A stretch of DNA of 64,000 nucleotides from Verrucomicrobiota bacterium (lineage in GTDB: Bacteria > Verrucomicrobiota > Verrucomicrobiia > Limisphaerales > UBA9464), in the NCBI GenBank assembly GCA_017309115.1, contig JAFLEF010000018.1, positions 20,572-84,571 on the forward strand, given 5' to 3'. A program made the position numbers and the translations under genes. This document shows positions 19,563-29,443 of this stretch, piece after piece (position 1 is the stretch's first letter; every line of letters starts with the position of its first letter). Below the pieces are notes generated by a model. It was not told the DNA's origin. It ran no database searches and saw only the letters and a list, made by a program, of their open reading frames with translations.

Positions 19563-20647
19563 GGAAGGCGCAGTCGGAAAAATTGTTCGGTCTCCGGCGT
19601 GGGCAGGGTCACGCGATTCGTTCCTTGCTGGGCGACCGGAGGCGAACCGACGGTCGACCAATCCATTTGATTCAGCGAGGAGCGGGATTCCAAACGCCAA
19701 GCGCTGGTGGACGTCGGCCAGTGCACCGTGACCGTGTCCGCCGAGCCGGTGATCTGGAGTACGGGCGGTTCCGGGGTTCGAAACGTGAAGAAGTTGGGAC
19801 CCGTCAGGCCGCTTGGGCTCGGGGAAACGAACACGTTGAGAAACGCGCCGGTGGTGGCGTTGAAGCGGACCATTTGTCCGGCATTGAAGTTGGCCACGTA
19901 GAGGGCTCCGTCAGGACCGAGGGAGACTCCCACCGGCAGGGACAGGTTGCCCGTGACCAGAAAGTCGCCGCGAAAGGAGCCGTCGGCGGCAAAGCGGACT
20001 CCGCGGTTCCCGTTGCCGCTCATCACCACCCAATCACCTGACGGCAACTGCTGCAGGCCGAAGGGTTGCGAGAGGTGTTCCGTCGCGAAGGTGGACTTGT
20101 GGGCTCCCGTGACACCATCGCAGCGGACCACGCGATTGCTGAAGCGCCCGACCACGTACACGTCGCCGTCCGGTCCAAACTTTAGATCGGACGGTCCCTG
20201 CAGATCCCGAATTCCGGAGATGAACACATCCAGAAAGGCTCCCGTTGTCGCGTCGTACCGCAGGACCTGATCCGTGAGCTGACTGGTCACATAGAGCCGT
20301 CCGTCCGGTCGAAACACCAAGGCCACCGGATAGTCCAATCCGCCCCGGCCGTTGGGCACGAACGTATCGCGAAAAGTGCCCGTTTGGCCGTCGTAGCGCA
20401 GGATCGAGTCATTGCCGGCGCTGGCCACGTACAAATGCCCATCGGAACCAAAGGCCAGTCCATGGGGAAGACTCAGACGCTGATCGGTGTTGGGCAGAAA
20501 TCGGTCCAGGAAGGCGCCGGTGGTGTCGTTGAAGCGATAGACCTGGTGACTCAGGAAACTGCTGACGAACAACTCCGCCTGCGTGGGGAGGGCCAGAAGG
20601 CCGGCCAGGACGACCCACTGAGATAGGCAACGAATTCGCAGGCGCAT
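19559..20647 (-). CDS. NHL-repeat / six-bladed beta-propeller secreted protein with C-terminal FFRLR-type beta-sandwich tail
   Basis: Signal peptide. Six repeats of the form P-x-G-[LV]-x-F-G-x-DG-x-LYV...V-x-R-[FY]-[DN]-x-x-TG-x-F. The last ~70 aa end in TEQFFRLRLP. Confidence 0.7.
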   Translation of the reverse strand: MRLRIRCLSQWVVLAGLLALPTQAELFVSSFLSHQVYRFNDTTGAFLDRFLPNTDQRLSLPHGLAFGSDGHLYVASAGNDSILRYDGQTGTFRDTFVPNGRGGLDYPVALVFRPDGRLYVTSQLTDQVLRYDATTGAFLDVFISGIRDLQGPSDLKFGPDGDVYVVGRFSNRVVRCDGVTGAHKSTFATEHLSQPFGLQQLPSGDWVVMSGNGNRGVRFAADGSFRGDFLVTGNLSLPVGVSLGPDGALYVANFNAGQMVRFNATTGAFLNVFVSPSPSGLTGPNFFTFRTPEPPVLQITGSADTVTVHWPTSTSAWRLESRSSLNQMDWSTVGSPPVAQQGTNRVTLPTPETEQFFRLRLP

Positions 20648-20712
20648 GGTGTGACCCGGCTCCTAACACGAATCCGACGCCCTCCGCAAGCCACGCCCGG
20701 AAACCAATCTAG

Positions 20713-21633
20713 CTAAGGATTCAGCCGTCGGGTCGACCGTTCCTGCAGCCACCGGATATCGGCGTTGTTGGGCTGGTCGAGGGGGATGGGATTGTCGGAC
20801 CAGTCGAGGCCGCGACGGATGGGCGGGGTGGTTCGGGGATCCACCCAGCGCCGGATTTCGGAATGGCCATCGGCAAACGAGAGACCGCCGGCATTTCCAT
20901 GATAGGAGCCAGGCAGGTCCACCGCCCACCTGGTTTCCTCGGGTCGATCGGTCCAGCCAGACATGTCGATGAGGAAGTTCCCATAGTTGATGGTGTCTTC
21001 GCGTTGATCCCAGAACAGGGCGGTCATGGTCGGGCCCGGATCGACGAGATCATTGAGCTTGCGATAGAGGCGCCAAGGTGGACTGGAACCGTTGGGAGTA
21101 GCGTCGAGCACGCCGCCAAATCCGCCGAACCAGGCACTCATGGCCATGCTGCGGACCCGGGGTATCGGGCTGCCCTTGAAGGGTCCGTCATTGGGGGTGA
21201 CGCGGCTGGTGTCGGCCGGACATTTGAAGATCTGGGCGTTCTTGCCGCAGTAGGGCCAGAGCGGGCTGGTGTGGATGTCGCGGGTGACATCCCAGTTGGA
21301 CGGATTGCCGGGGCTGAAATCCAGCCACCCACTCATCCAGGAGGGAATTTCTTCCGGATCACCCCGGTATCCGGGACTGGCGGCGGGGACATTTTCCTGA
21401 TGATCCAAGGCGTAATTGAGCCACGCGAGCGTGAGTTGTCGGTGATTGTTGAGGCAGCTGATTCCCTGGGCTTTTTGGCGGGCTCGGCCAAGCGCGGGCA
21501 GGAGCAGGCCAGCAAGAATTGCGATGATGGCGATGACGACCAGGAGTTCAATCAGGGTGAATCCGGCGCGGAAGGCGTCAGTCGGCCGGGGTCGGTTCGA
21601 TCGACCCGGAAGATGTCCTGATGGGACCCACAT
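20713..21633 (-). CDS. Prepilin-type N-terminal cleavage/methylation domain protein, H-X9-DG family
   Basis: [26 protein letters not shown] pseudopilin leader. C-terminal [13 protein letters not shown] matches H-X9-DG. Start moved inward to MWVPSGH (CAT at 21631-21633), because the longer track ORF adds a non-leader extension. Confidence 0.8.
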   Translation of the reverse strand: MWVPSGHLPGRSNRPRPTDAFRAGFTLIELLVVIAIIAILAGLLLPALGRARQKAQGISCLNNHRQLTLAWLNYALDHQENVPAASPGYRGDPEEIPSWMSGWLDFSPGNPSNWDVTRDIHTSPLWPYCGKNAQIFKCPADTSRVTPNDGPFKGSPIPRVRSMAMSAWFGGFGGVLDATPNGSSPPWRLYRKLNDLVDPGPTMTALFWDQREDTINYGNFLIDMSGWTDRPEETRWAVDLPGSYHGNAGGLSFADGHSEIRRWVDPRTTPPIRRGLDWSDNPIPLDQPNNADIRWLQERSTRRLNP

Positions 21634-21766
21634 GGACTTGGGTGAGGATAGCAAGGGTTGGCCATTTTCCCAGTGACAAGCCGTCGCCTTGGTTGGGCGA
21701 TTATGTTCGTCTGACCCGTTTAGGGGCTTGTCGGGTGTTGGGGCAACGTCATACACTAATCAAACT

Positions 21767-22507
<741 letters not shown>

Positions 22508-22554
22508 CGGGGCTCGCTTCGGCTCTGTAATCTGTTCAGGCTGCGGTCGTCCCG

Positions 22555-23691
22555 ATGCCTGAATCTCTTTCCGTCCAGCCGCTGGACCGCTTCTCGGCTC
22601 CTGATCGCCGACGCTTCATCGACGTTGCCCGTGCGGTCTATACTACAGATCCGAGGTGGGTGGCTCCCTTGGATTCTGAGATGCATGGCGTCCTGGGTCC
22701 TCGCAATCCCTTCTACCAACACGCCGAAGGCCAGCTGTGGTGGGCGCTCCGGGACGGCCGCCCGGTCGGGCGCATCGCGGCGTTCGTCGATCAGACCCAC
22801 AATCAGCTGCATCAGGAACGCACCGGCTTCTTCGGCTTCTTCGAAAGCGTAAACGATCCGGAGGTCGCAGAAGCGCTGCTCGCCACCGCCCGACGTTGGC
22901 TCGCCGAGCGGGGGATGGATCGGATTCGCGGTCCGATGAACCCGTCCATCAATGACGAGTGCGGCCTGCTAGTGGAGGGCTTCGAACGGCCGCCCGTTCT
23001 GATGATGAGTTACAATCCGCCGGGGTATGCCGCCCTGCTGGAAGGCACCGGTCTGACGCGAGTGAAGGATCTTCTGGCGTTTATCATTTCCGTGGCGGAG
23101 GCGCCGGAATCCCGGTTGCGCAAGGTGCGTCGGCATTTGGAGGAACGACATCCCGAACTGCGCCTGCGGATGATTACGCGTCAGTCGCTGCCGCAGGACG
23201 TTCCGCTCATCAAGCGGGTCTACAACGAAGCGTGGGAGAACAACTGGGGGGCGGTGCCGTTGAGTGAACCTGAGATCGATTTCCTGGTGGAGCGGTTGGC
23301 GCCATTGCTGGTGAACGGGCTGGTCTGGATGGCGGAATGCCGCGGAGAGCCGGTGGGATTTCTCCTCGCGCTTCCTGATTTTAATGAAGCGCTGCAACCG
23401 CTTCGGGGTCGCTTGCTGTCCTGGGGGTTGTTGCGGGCACTGCCGTATCTGGCGGGCTGGCGGAAACCCCGGATCATGCGGCTCGTGGCCCTGGGAGTGC
23501 GGGCGGAATATCGCGGCCGGGGATTGGAAGCGGCGATGTTGGCGGAGACACTGACCGCCTGCCAACGCGAAGGCTTTCAGGAATGTGAAGCGTCGTGGGT
23601 TCTGGAGGACAACGAGGCCGTTCAGCGCGTGATCCGGATTTTCGGAGGGAAGCGCTACAAGGCCTACCGGTTGTACGAGCGGGCGGTCTGA
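22555..23691 (+). CDS. GNAT-like N-acetyltransferase family protein (long form, ~380 aa)
   Basis: The pattern F..V....Y..DP.WV.PL, GR[IV]AAF.D, RTGFFGFFES, IRGPMNPSINDECGLLVEGF and SYNPPGY matches a widespread family usually annotated as GNAT N-acetyltransferase. Recognised from memory only. Confidence 0.55.
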   Translation: MPESLSVQPLDRFSAPDRRRFIDVARAVYTTDPRWVAPLDSEMHGVLGPRNPFYQHAEGQLWWALRDGRPVGRIAAFVDQTHNQLHQERTGFFGFFESVNDPEVAEALLATARRWLAERGMDRIRGPMNPSINDECGLLVEGFERPPVLMMSYNPPGYAALLEGTGLTRVKDLLAFIISVAEAPESRLRKVRRHLEERHPELRLRMITRQSLPQDVPLIKRVYNEAWENNWGAVPLSEPEIDFLVERLAPLLVNGLVWMAECRGEPVGFLLALPDFNEALQPLRGRLLSWGLLRALPYLAGWRKPRIMRLVALGVRAEYRGRGLEAAMLAETLTACQREGFQECEASWVLEDNEAVQRVIRIFGGKRYKAYRLYERAV

Positions 23692-23748
23692 TCCCGCAGG
23701 CACGAACCGCGGCTAAATGCCCGTCGCAACGGACGGAGTGGGAAGACC

Positions 23749-24819
23749 TCACTTCTCCGCCGGCTCGTGAAGTGGAGTCTTGGGTAGCGGTTGGGAATCT
23801 GGAACCGGTACAGCCCGACATCGCCTTGGATGATCGGTGAGCCCAGGCTGGCAGTCTTTTTCGGAGCTCGATTCGAAGTGGCAATAGAGCCAGTTCCCGA
23901 GCGGGGTCAGGAGGACGGACGTCAGGATTCCGGCGCCTACATCCACCAAGTAATGGTAGCGGCAATATACCGTGGAAAGGCACAGCAGCAGCACCACGAA
24001 GGCATGGATCCAGCGGATGGGTCGGAGATAACGCCACGAGAACCACAGGGTGGTGAGCGCAATGGCGACGTGGCTGCTGGGAAAGGCCGCACTGCGCGCT
24101 TCGAAGTTTCGGTAGATGAACCGCATCAGCAGATGGAACGGGCCTCTCTGGACGGCTTCCGGGTAGCCCGTCGGCGCCACACCCCCGGGGAGTTGGAGCA
24201 GAAGTTCGCGTTCCGGGCTGGCGTCAAAAAACACCCGAGGACCGACTACCGGAACCACCATGTAGATGAGGTAGCAGCAGTAGAAGACGAACGACATCAC
24301 GGCGACGAAGCGGGTAAACACGGTGGGCTGCTTCCACCAAAACCAGAGACCCAGGCCGGCAATCATCAGGTAAAAGCTGAAGTACGACGCGTACAACACC
24401 TCACTCACCCACGGCTGGGGGGCGAGTTGCATCCAGCGGATACTGGGCTGGGTGCCAAACCACGACTGTTCCCAACGGATCAGGATCGGGTCCAGTCGGG
24501 TCAGTCCCAGCAACTGGTTGACCCATTCGGTTTCCCGAAAGAACCCGGTGTAGAGCAGAATGGGGTAGTAACTGCGCAGGAAGGAGACAATCGCTGGGGC
24601 GCGTCCCCCGGCTTCCCAGCGGATCAGTCCATGCACCGCGAGCGCCACGGTGAACTGGGCGGCCAGGAGGGTTCCGGCCAGACGCGGGTCGCCTCCCCGG
24701 GCCAAGGCGACCAGGAGGAGCAGGATAACTGCCCCGAGAAACACCTGGGTTGCCCAGTCAATGAACCGATAGGAACGCATTGGCCGGCGCTTCTTCGCTA
24801 ACTCCGTTCCCGCGATCAC
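23749..24819 (-). CDS. PAP2-superfamily (phosphatidic acid phosphatase type 2-like) integral membrane protein
   Basis: Multi-pass membrane protein with FPSSHVA (PSGH-like) and YCRYHYLVDVGAG (SRxxxxxHxxxD-like) motifs. Confidence 0.65.
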   Translation of the reverse strand: MIAGTELAKKRRPMRSYRFIDWATQVFLGAVILLLLVALARGGDPRLAGTLLAAQFTVALAVHGLIRWEAGGRAPAIVSFLRSYYPILLYTGFFRETEWVNQLLGLTRLDPILIRWEQSWFGTQPSIRWMQLAPQPWVSEVLYASYFSFYLMIAGLGLWFWWKQPTVFTRFVAVMSFVFYCCYLIYMVVPVVGPRVFFDASPERELLLQLPGGVAPTGYPEAVQRGPFHLLMRFIYRNFEARSAAFPSSHVAIALTTLWFSWRYLRPIRWIHAFVVLLLCLSTVYCRYHYLVDVGAGILTSVLLTPLGNWLYCHFESSSEKDCQPGLTDHPRRCRAVPVPDSQPLPKTPLHEPAEK

Positions 24820-24940
24820 GAAAATTTCACCGGAATTTGATTCGAAGTTCGTTCAGGCGACGCGATCAGGGGGCCATGCAGGCTGGGTCCCTCCCGAAAC
24901 TCGGTTGCCCAACTCGTGACTTTGGATCGATGTTGCGGTC

Positions 24941-25876
24941 GTGATTCGCTGTTCCTTGCGCCGTTTTCTGATCTGGGCCGGAACCAGTCCGGTCTGGGTT
25001 CTGGCCCAGAACCGCCAGCTGTCGTTGGAAGATTTGGAGGGATTGATTCAGGAGCAGGTGGATCCCCGAGCGTTGGAGGCCTTCACCAAAAACCTCGACC
25101 AAAAGAAGGCTCTGGAACTGCTGAAGGAACTTCAGTCCGACTTCCAGGGCGAATATGTCCTGGATCTGGCCCAAGCCCGGGAGACAGCGCGGAGCGTCCT
25201 GCCCGTGCTGGAGGCCCTGCCGTCGACGCGGTCCTACGCCGCTTGGTTGCGTCCCCGCATGGACTACTTCGACGTGGCTGATCAGCTGTCGGTCGATATT
25301 CCTCCACCCCAAGCGCGACCGGGTCAGCCGGCTCCCAAGCCGTCTAATCCAACGGCCAGCCAGGAACGCCGGGCCTGGACCGTGCAGGTGGCCAAGACAC
25401 CTGTTTCCCGGGGTTCGGCAGCCTGGGTTCCCCGGTTGAAACCGGTCTTTTCGGCGGAACGGGTGCCGCTGGAACTCGTCTGGCTGGCGGAAGTCGAATC
25501 GGCGTTCAATCCCGAGGCGCTCAGTCCGGCCGGAGCGGCGGGCTTGTATCAGCTCATGCCAGCCACCGCGCAATCGCTGGGGTTAAAGCTGCGACCTCAG
25601 GACGAACGACTGAATGGCGATAAGAATGCCCGAGCGGCAGCGGGATATCTGCGGTATTTGTATCTGAAGTTCCGGGACTGGCCGCTGACGCTGGCGGCCT
25701 ACAACGCCGGAGAGGGACGGGTCCGGGAGACCTTGAAGTCCAGCAAGGGCAAGACGTTCGAGGATATCTCCCGCCGGCTACCCGCCGAAACGCAGATGTA
25801 CGTTCCCAAGTTTGAAGCCGTTCTGAAACGGCAGGAGCGAAAAACGTTGAGTCAGTTGCCGGCCGCTCGACCGTGA
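24941..25876 (+). CDS. Lytic transglycosylase (SLT domain) protein
   Basis: WLAEVESAFNPEALSPAGAAGLYQLMPATAQSLGL ... LAAYNAGEGRV are the catalytic E-S motif and the AYNAG motif of the SLT family. Confidence 0.85.
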   Translation: MIRCSLRRFLIWAGTSPVWVLAQNRQLSLEDLEGLIQEQVDPRALEAFTKNLDQKKALELLKELQSDFQGEYVLDLAQARETARSVLPVLEALPSTRSYAAWLRPRMDYFDVADQLSVDIPPPQARPGQPAPKPSNPTASQERRAWTVQVAKTPVSRGSAAWVPRLKPVFSAERVPLELVWLAEVESAFNPEALSPAGAAGLYQLMPATAQSLGLKLRPQDERLNGDKNARAAAGYLRYLYLKFRDWPLTLAAYNAGEGRVRETLKSSKGKTFEDISRRLPAETQMYVPKFEAVLKRQERKTLSQLPAARP

Positions 25877-26086
25877 GTCTTCGCGCCGTTGCGGAATTAA
25901 GCCGAGAAGCAACACCGGTGGGCTTCCTGTTTCCGCGAAACTGAGAACCATGGGGCTCGGTTGGAGCCGCTGCGTCAGGGTGTGGGTTTTTCTTTGAACA
26001 ATTGGTTGTCAGTGGGTTAGAGCGGGGACGACGCGTCCGGCCCGCAGGGATGAGAATGGGTGCGTTCCTGCTCTGTAACCGGTGAG

Positions 26087-27109
26087 ATGACGATCAAATT
26101 CTATCCGGTACTGGCGGGCGCCACGTTTCTGACCTGTTCCACCTTAGCGTGGGCGGGTGACTCGTGGCTCAGCCGGTATCATCTGATCGTCAGCGACGAG
26201 CTGAAGAACGTGGGCGAAGTCGAGGGGCGGGCGTTGGTCAACGACGTGACCGTCAAAAACTCCTTCAACGTGGGGGTCAACTACAGTTCCGATGCCTCCC
26301 AGATCAACCTGGCCATTGTGGGCGAACTCGAAAAGGGCGGGGCCATTCAGTTGAATTCGGGCAGTGCCTACTACAGTGGCAAGTCCTTTCAGAAGGGCAA
26401 TCAGTGGACCCTGGTGGGGGACGATGACCACAAGCGGACACTGAACATGAATTCCAAGGGAACGGTCACCGGGACGGCGCCGTTCGATTACGAGAAGGTC
26501 TTTAAGGGAATCGAGACGGAGTCCGAATACCTGGCCTCCTTGAAGGCCAATAGCTCACTGAGTTACTCCGGAAACGCGGCGACTTTTGTGGTCGGCAAGG
26601 AGGTTGCGAATGGTGACGTGGCCGTTTTCTCGTTGTCCGAGACCGACATGAAGAACCTCTTCGTGAACGGCAAAACGGCCCAGATTGAGTTCAATCTGAA
26701 CGGAGTGGATCCCTCGGCGGTGGTGATCAACGTCGAGGGCGAGGAGTTCTCCTGGGACAAGGCCGGCAATTTTGTGGGGCTATGGACCGAGAACAAGCCG
26801 TCCGTCGAGGACAGTTTTCGCTCCAAGGTGATGTGGAACTTCTCGGAGGCCGAGAAACTCTCCATGAACCGGGGATTTTACGGCACGCTGCTGGCTCCTT
26901 ATGCCACCTTGAAGAACAAGGGTGGCGCCATGGAAGGCGCGGTGGCGGTCAAGAACTTGGATACATCCGTCGAGATTCATGCGCCGTTGTTCAATGGCAG
27001 CTTCCGCCAGGGCTCGCAGGTCCCGGAAGCGTCGGGTGGCGCCGCAGCGGTCGCCTTGCTCGGTTTAGGCGCCCATGCCTGGTTGCGTCGCCGGCGGGCC
27101 GCGAACTGA
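26087..27109 (+). CDS. Choice-of-anchor-A-like secreted protein with PEP-CTERM sorting signal
   Basis: Signal peptide MTIKFYPVLAGATFLTCSTLAWAG. C-terminus VPEASGGAAAVALLGLGAHAWLRRRRAAN is a PEP motif plus TM plus Arg-rich tail. The body (YHLIVSDELKNVGEVEGRALVNDV...FYGTLLAPYATL) resembles the choice-of-anchor A family. Confidence 0.7.
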   Translation: MTIKFYPVLAGATFLTCSTLAWAGDSWLSRYHLIVSDELKNVGEVEGRALVNDVTVKNSFNVGVNYSSDASQINLAIVGELEKGGAIQLNSGSAYYSGKSFQKGNQWTLVGDDDHKRTLNMNSKGTVTGTAPFDYEKVFKGIETESEYLASLKANSSLSYSGNAATFVVGKEVANGDVAVFSLSETDMKNLFVNGKTAQIEFNLNGVDPSAVVINVEGEEFSWDKAGNFVGLWTENKPSVEDSFRSKVMWNFSEAEKLSMNRGFYGTLLAPYATLKNKGGAMEGAVAVKNLDTSVEIHAPLFNGSFRQGSQVPEASGGAAAVALLGLGAHAWLRRRRAAN

Positions 27110-27148
27110 GTGACGGGTGGATAACCTGTTCCCCGGTTTGACTGGAGT

Positions 27149-29224
27149 TTGGTCGGCAGCGCATGTTCCGGACTGTTGAAGTACTTTTGGATAGCGGCGC
27201 TGATCTGGTGGAGTGGCGGACATGGAGCTGAGGTTCCGGACGCGACCGTGACCAACGAGATTCCGTCCGACGCCTTGGTGTTGCGCCGGTTTGAATGGAT
27301 TCCGCCGTTTGCGACCCCGAGGGTGATTTCCGCCCAGTTTCCCCGAACGGTCCCGGTGATTTCGGTGGAACGGTTGTTGGCAGCGGACGGCCAGCTCTGG
27401 GCGGCGATTCGGCCGCGGAGTGACGCCAACCTGGCCAGTGGTCGCGGACGGTTGTGGTCGTATAGCGATGCCCGGGGATTACTGGAGCCGGTTCGTGGGG
27501 CCTTGGAAATTCATAGCGTCAACGCCCTTGCGGCGGATACCCGGCGCTTGTGGATGGCCTTGAACGGAGGTTTGGCAGCGATGGAATTCGGCTCCGGCGT
27601 CGTCGATGCCTACGGACCGGCCCAGGGATTTCTCAGCACCGATGTGGCCGGGGTGGGTTTTGTTGATGGGACGGTTGTAGCCCTGGGTCGCTATGGGGTT
27701 CTGTGGGGCTTGGTTGCCGGATCCAGCAGCTTCATCCGGGCGGCAGAGGCAGCTCCCTCCGAAAATCCCCGGTCACCTTCCGCTTGGAACGGCTTCACAA
27801 CTTCGGGGGATTGGATGGCGGCTTATTCCGATACTTCGGTCGCCTTGCGTCATCGGCGGGGCGCGCAGTGGTTGATGATGCGGGATGAACTCGCCAATGG
27901 AACCACCCGGATTCATCCGCCGCGTTTTCAGTGCCTGAGCGGGGACGGCGAAGGGGGCTTCTGGGTGGGCAGTGAACATGGACTGCATTGGATCAATCCG
28001 GAGAGCAACGTGGTGGAGAACCGGTTTGCGCCGCTGACTGTGACGATCCCAGGTGGCCTGGGCATGCGGGTCGCTGCCGGCTTTAAGGCGTCGCCGGCCG
28101 CCTACGAAATGGCTCGGCAACGGGTCATTGGCCAAATCCGGGAACGGATGCGAGACCGGGCGCGTTATGCCCGGGAAAGCGCTGGTCTGAAGCAGCCCAT
28201 CAACCCGGTGATGCCCACCAGTCGACTGCCCGGAGGGGTAACGGCTTTGTGCCGGGATGGTCAGTTGTTGTGGATCGCGGCTTCCGACGGGCAGAACACC
28301 AATCGCAGCCGGGTGCTGTTGCTGCATCAGCCGTCCCGGCGTTGGTTGGGCTGGTTTGCGGTAGGCGCTCCGATTCAGGCCATCGCCGCGGATCCGCAGC
28401 GCGTCTGGTTGGGCCTTGATATCACCCGGAGTCCGGGCATGTCCCCGCTGCTGGTGGTGGATCGGCCTCCGCTGGTCTCCGTGCCGCAGAACAAATGGGT
28501 GAAGGACTACCTGTCCCCGGAGGAGTTGGGGAAACGATTGGCTTCCCTCCCCGTCAAGGAGCGAGCGGTATTGGCGTTTTTTGGCGGAGAACCAGCCAAG
28601 GTGGAGGAGTTGTTGGCGCCTTACGGAGTACCTCCGGCCGACGCGGATCCTGAGACTCTGTTCCTCCTCGCCTTCGCGTACGATCTCGTAGGGCTGAACG
28701 ATCCGGACCGGCTGGATCGCTACGTGGCGCTGCTCAAGGAGCGGTTTCCCAACTCGCTCTATACCGAACTGGTCGGCGGCGTGCGCAGCGCCCGGCCGGC
28801 AGAGCGGGTCGACGACAAGATCACGGAACCCACCCCAGAAGCCCCGGTTGAACCGCCCGCAGTTGAACTTCCGTCGGCGCCTGCGTCCCCGGAGCCTGCG
28901 GTCGTCGCGCCTGAAGTTGCCCGTCCGGAACCCGTAGGTGAGCCTAAAAACGTGACCCCGGAGATTTCAGCGACCGCGGAGTCTGCTGCTTCGCCAACGG
29001 TGGAAGTGGAAGCGATTTCACCGGAGGATTCCATTCGCATCGAGGTGATCCTCAAAAAGCGGGATCTGAACCGGGACGGAACTCTCAACGGCGTGGAGTT
29101 CAAACTGTGGCTGGGGCAAAAAGCGGACTTCCGGGTGGCCGACGCCAATCGTGACGGGAAGGTTGATTCGATCGAGATCCGGGATGTTCTCCGGCAGCAA
29201 GATGCCGCGCCGGCGCCGCAATAA
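27149..29224 (+). CDS. Large secreted/anchored hypothetical protein with propeller-like repeats, P/E/A/V-rich linker and C-terminal EF-hand pair
   Basis: N-terminal hydrophobic segment. Scattered LW[MV]..NGGL / FWVGSEHGLHWINP motifs resemble two-component-regulator propeller repeats. Linker PTPEAPVEPPAVELPSAPASPEPAVVAPE. Two Ca-binding loops, DLNRDGTLNGVE and DANRDGKVDSIE. Confidence 0.6.
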   Translation: MVGSACSGLLKYFWIAALIWWSGGHGAEVPDATVTNEIPSDALVLRRFEWIPPFATPRVISAQFPRTVPVISVERLLAADGQLWAAIRPRSDANLASGRGRLWSYSDARGLLEPVRGALEIHSVNALAADTRRLWMALNGGLAAMEFGSGVVDAYGPAQGFLSTDVAGVGFVDGTVVALGRYGVLWGLVAGSSSFIRAAEAAPSENPRSPSAWNGFTTSGDWMAAYSDTSVALRHRRGAQWLMMRDELANGTTRIHPPRFQCLSGDGEGGFWVGSEHGLHWINPESNVVENRFAPLTVTIPGGLGMRVAAGFKASPAAYEMARQRVIGQIRERMRDRARYARESAGLKQPINPVMPTSRLPGGVTALCRDGQLLWIAASDGQNTNRSRVLLLHQPSRRWLGWFAVGAPIQAIAADPQRVWLGLDITRSPGMSPLLVVDRPPLVSVPQNKWVKDYLSPEELGKRLASLPVKERAVLAFFGGEPAKVEELLAPYGVPPADADPETLFLLAFAYDLVGLNDPDRLDRYVALLKERFPNSLYTELVGGVRSARPAERVDDKITEPTPEAPVEPPAVELPSAPASPEPAVVAPEVARPEPVGEPKNVTPEISATAESAASPTVEVEAISPEDSIRIEVILKKRDLNRDGTLNGVEFKLWLGQKADFRVADANRDGKVDSIEIRDVLRQQDAAPAPQ

Positions 29225-29245
29225 GCTGAGAGCTGAGAGCTGAGA
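29225..29245 (+). repeat. Heptanucleotide tandem repeat (GCTGAGA)x3
   Basis: Read directly: gctgaga gctgaga gctgaga, starting 1 nt after the stop codon of the 27149-29224 gene. Confidence 0.95.
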
Positions 29246-29380
29246 GATAAAGACCGGTAGGGCGACGTTCGGCGGAGCTTCTCGTCCGTGTGTGGACGCA
29301 AAGCGGATCAGTCCCCAACGGTTTTGACTCCTTTGGACTTTCAACCGGCTGGTGAGCCAAGCGAGAGGGCGGCTCCGTCT

Positions 29381-29443
29381 CGCTTCCCGCTTCCCGCTTC
29401 CCGCTTCCCGCTTACCGCTTACCGCTTACCGCTTACCGCTTAT
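29381..29443 (+). repeat. Compound heptanucleotide tandem repeat (CGCTTCC)x4 (CGCTTAC)x4 CGCTTAT
   Basis: Read directly: nine perfect-phase 7-nt units in two abutting sequence variants. The stop codon (29433-29435) and the last three codons of the minus-strand gene 29433-30317 lie inside the last units. Confidence 0.95.

Noticed and set aside
18684-19670. 328-aa plus-strand ORF
   Set aside because: It is antisense to the GDPD gene, whose HRG...ENT...E.D.H motifs are unambiguous.
23791-24801. 336-aa plus-strand ORF
   Set aside because: It is antisense to the multi-pass PAP2-type membrane protein. It has no hydrophobic or catalytic pattern of its own.
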